Shown: positions 57,613 through 57,795 of the stretch, one piece after another
How the letters are laid out: each line of letters opens with the position of its first letter
Numbering within the stretch: position 1 is the first letter of the stretch
Origin: Guillardia theta CCMP2712
Taxonomy: Eukaryota; Protista; Cryptophyta
DNA length: 57,795 nucleotides
NCBI RefSeq assembly: GCF_000315625.1
Contig: NW_005434468.1
Location: forward strand, 1 to 57,795
Reading direction: 5' to 3'
Notes under the pieces: generated by a model
The model's database searches: none
Told to the model about the DNA's origin: nothing
Seen by the model: only the letters and a program-made list of their open reading frames with translations
Translations under genes and position numbers: made by a program

Positions 57613-57795
57613 ATCTTCTTCTGTCTTCTCACCTTCTCACTCGGAGTCTGCAGCGCAACCTTGAGGGAGGAGAGTCAGCGGTTGCAGAAGGTTATGACTC
57701 CTCACCTGGCTCGGCAGATTTTTCCGCACATGCAGCGGCGGCTGAGCCCATCGACCAACCCAGACGCCTGAAAAAGAAGAGAAGAGAAGAGATGA

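Noticed and set aside
57334-57771. Poly-His, poly-Met and poly-Ile ORFs
   Set aside because: Translations of a (CAT)n microsatellite.

Overview
Eukaryotic nuclear DNA. The ~55-nt GT-AG introns with CTGAC branch sites and TTTAGGG repeats suggest an alga, possibly a cryptophyte (inference). The left ~30.5 kb is a nest of mobile elements: (i) several copies of a (TAA)n-tailed, single-ORF retroposon-like element joined to TTTAGGG telomeric repeats; (ii) a two-gene PIF/Harbinger-superfamily transposon with an AGT TSD; (iii) a Gypsy chromovirus containing a Copia, which in turn contains a CRE-type non-LTR fragment. The standout feature lies inside this nest. A ~108-bp repeat array (10.76-12.3 kb) resolves into a chain of phase-0 introns separated by twelve single-codon (3-nt) microexons and one 6-nt microexon. 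These splice in frame into a Cys-rich/coiled-coil/tyrosine-kinase-like/RING protein. The right half holds intron-rich host genes, minisatellites, a 100-N gap and a ~10.7-kb palindrome. The palindrome carries two near-identical membrane proteins, each with two RelA/SpoT-like nucleotidyltransferase domains.
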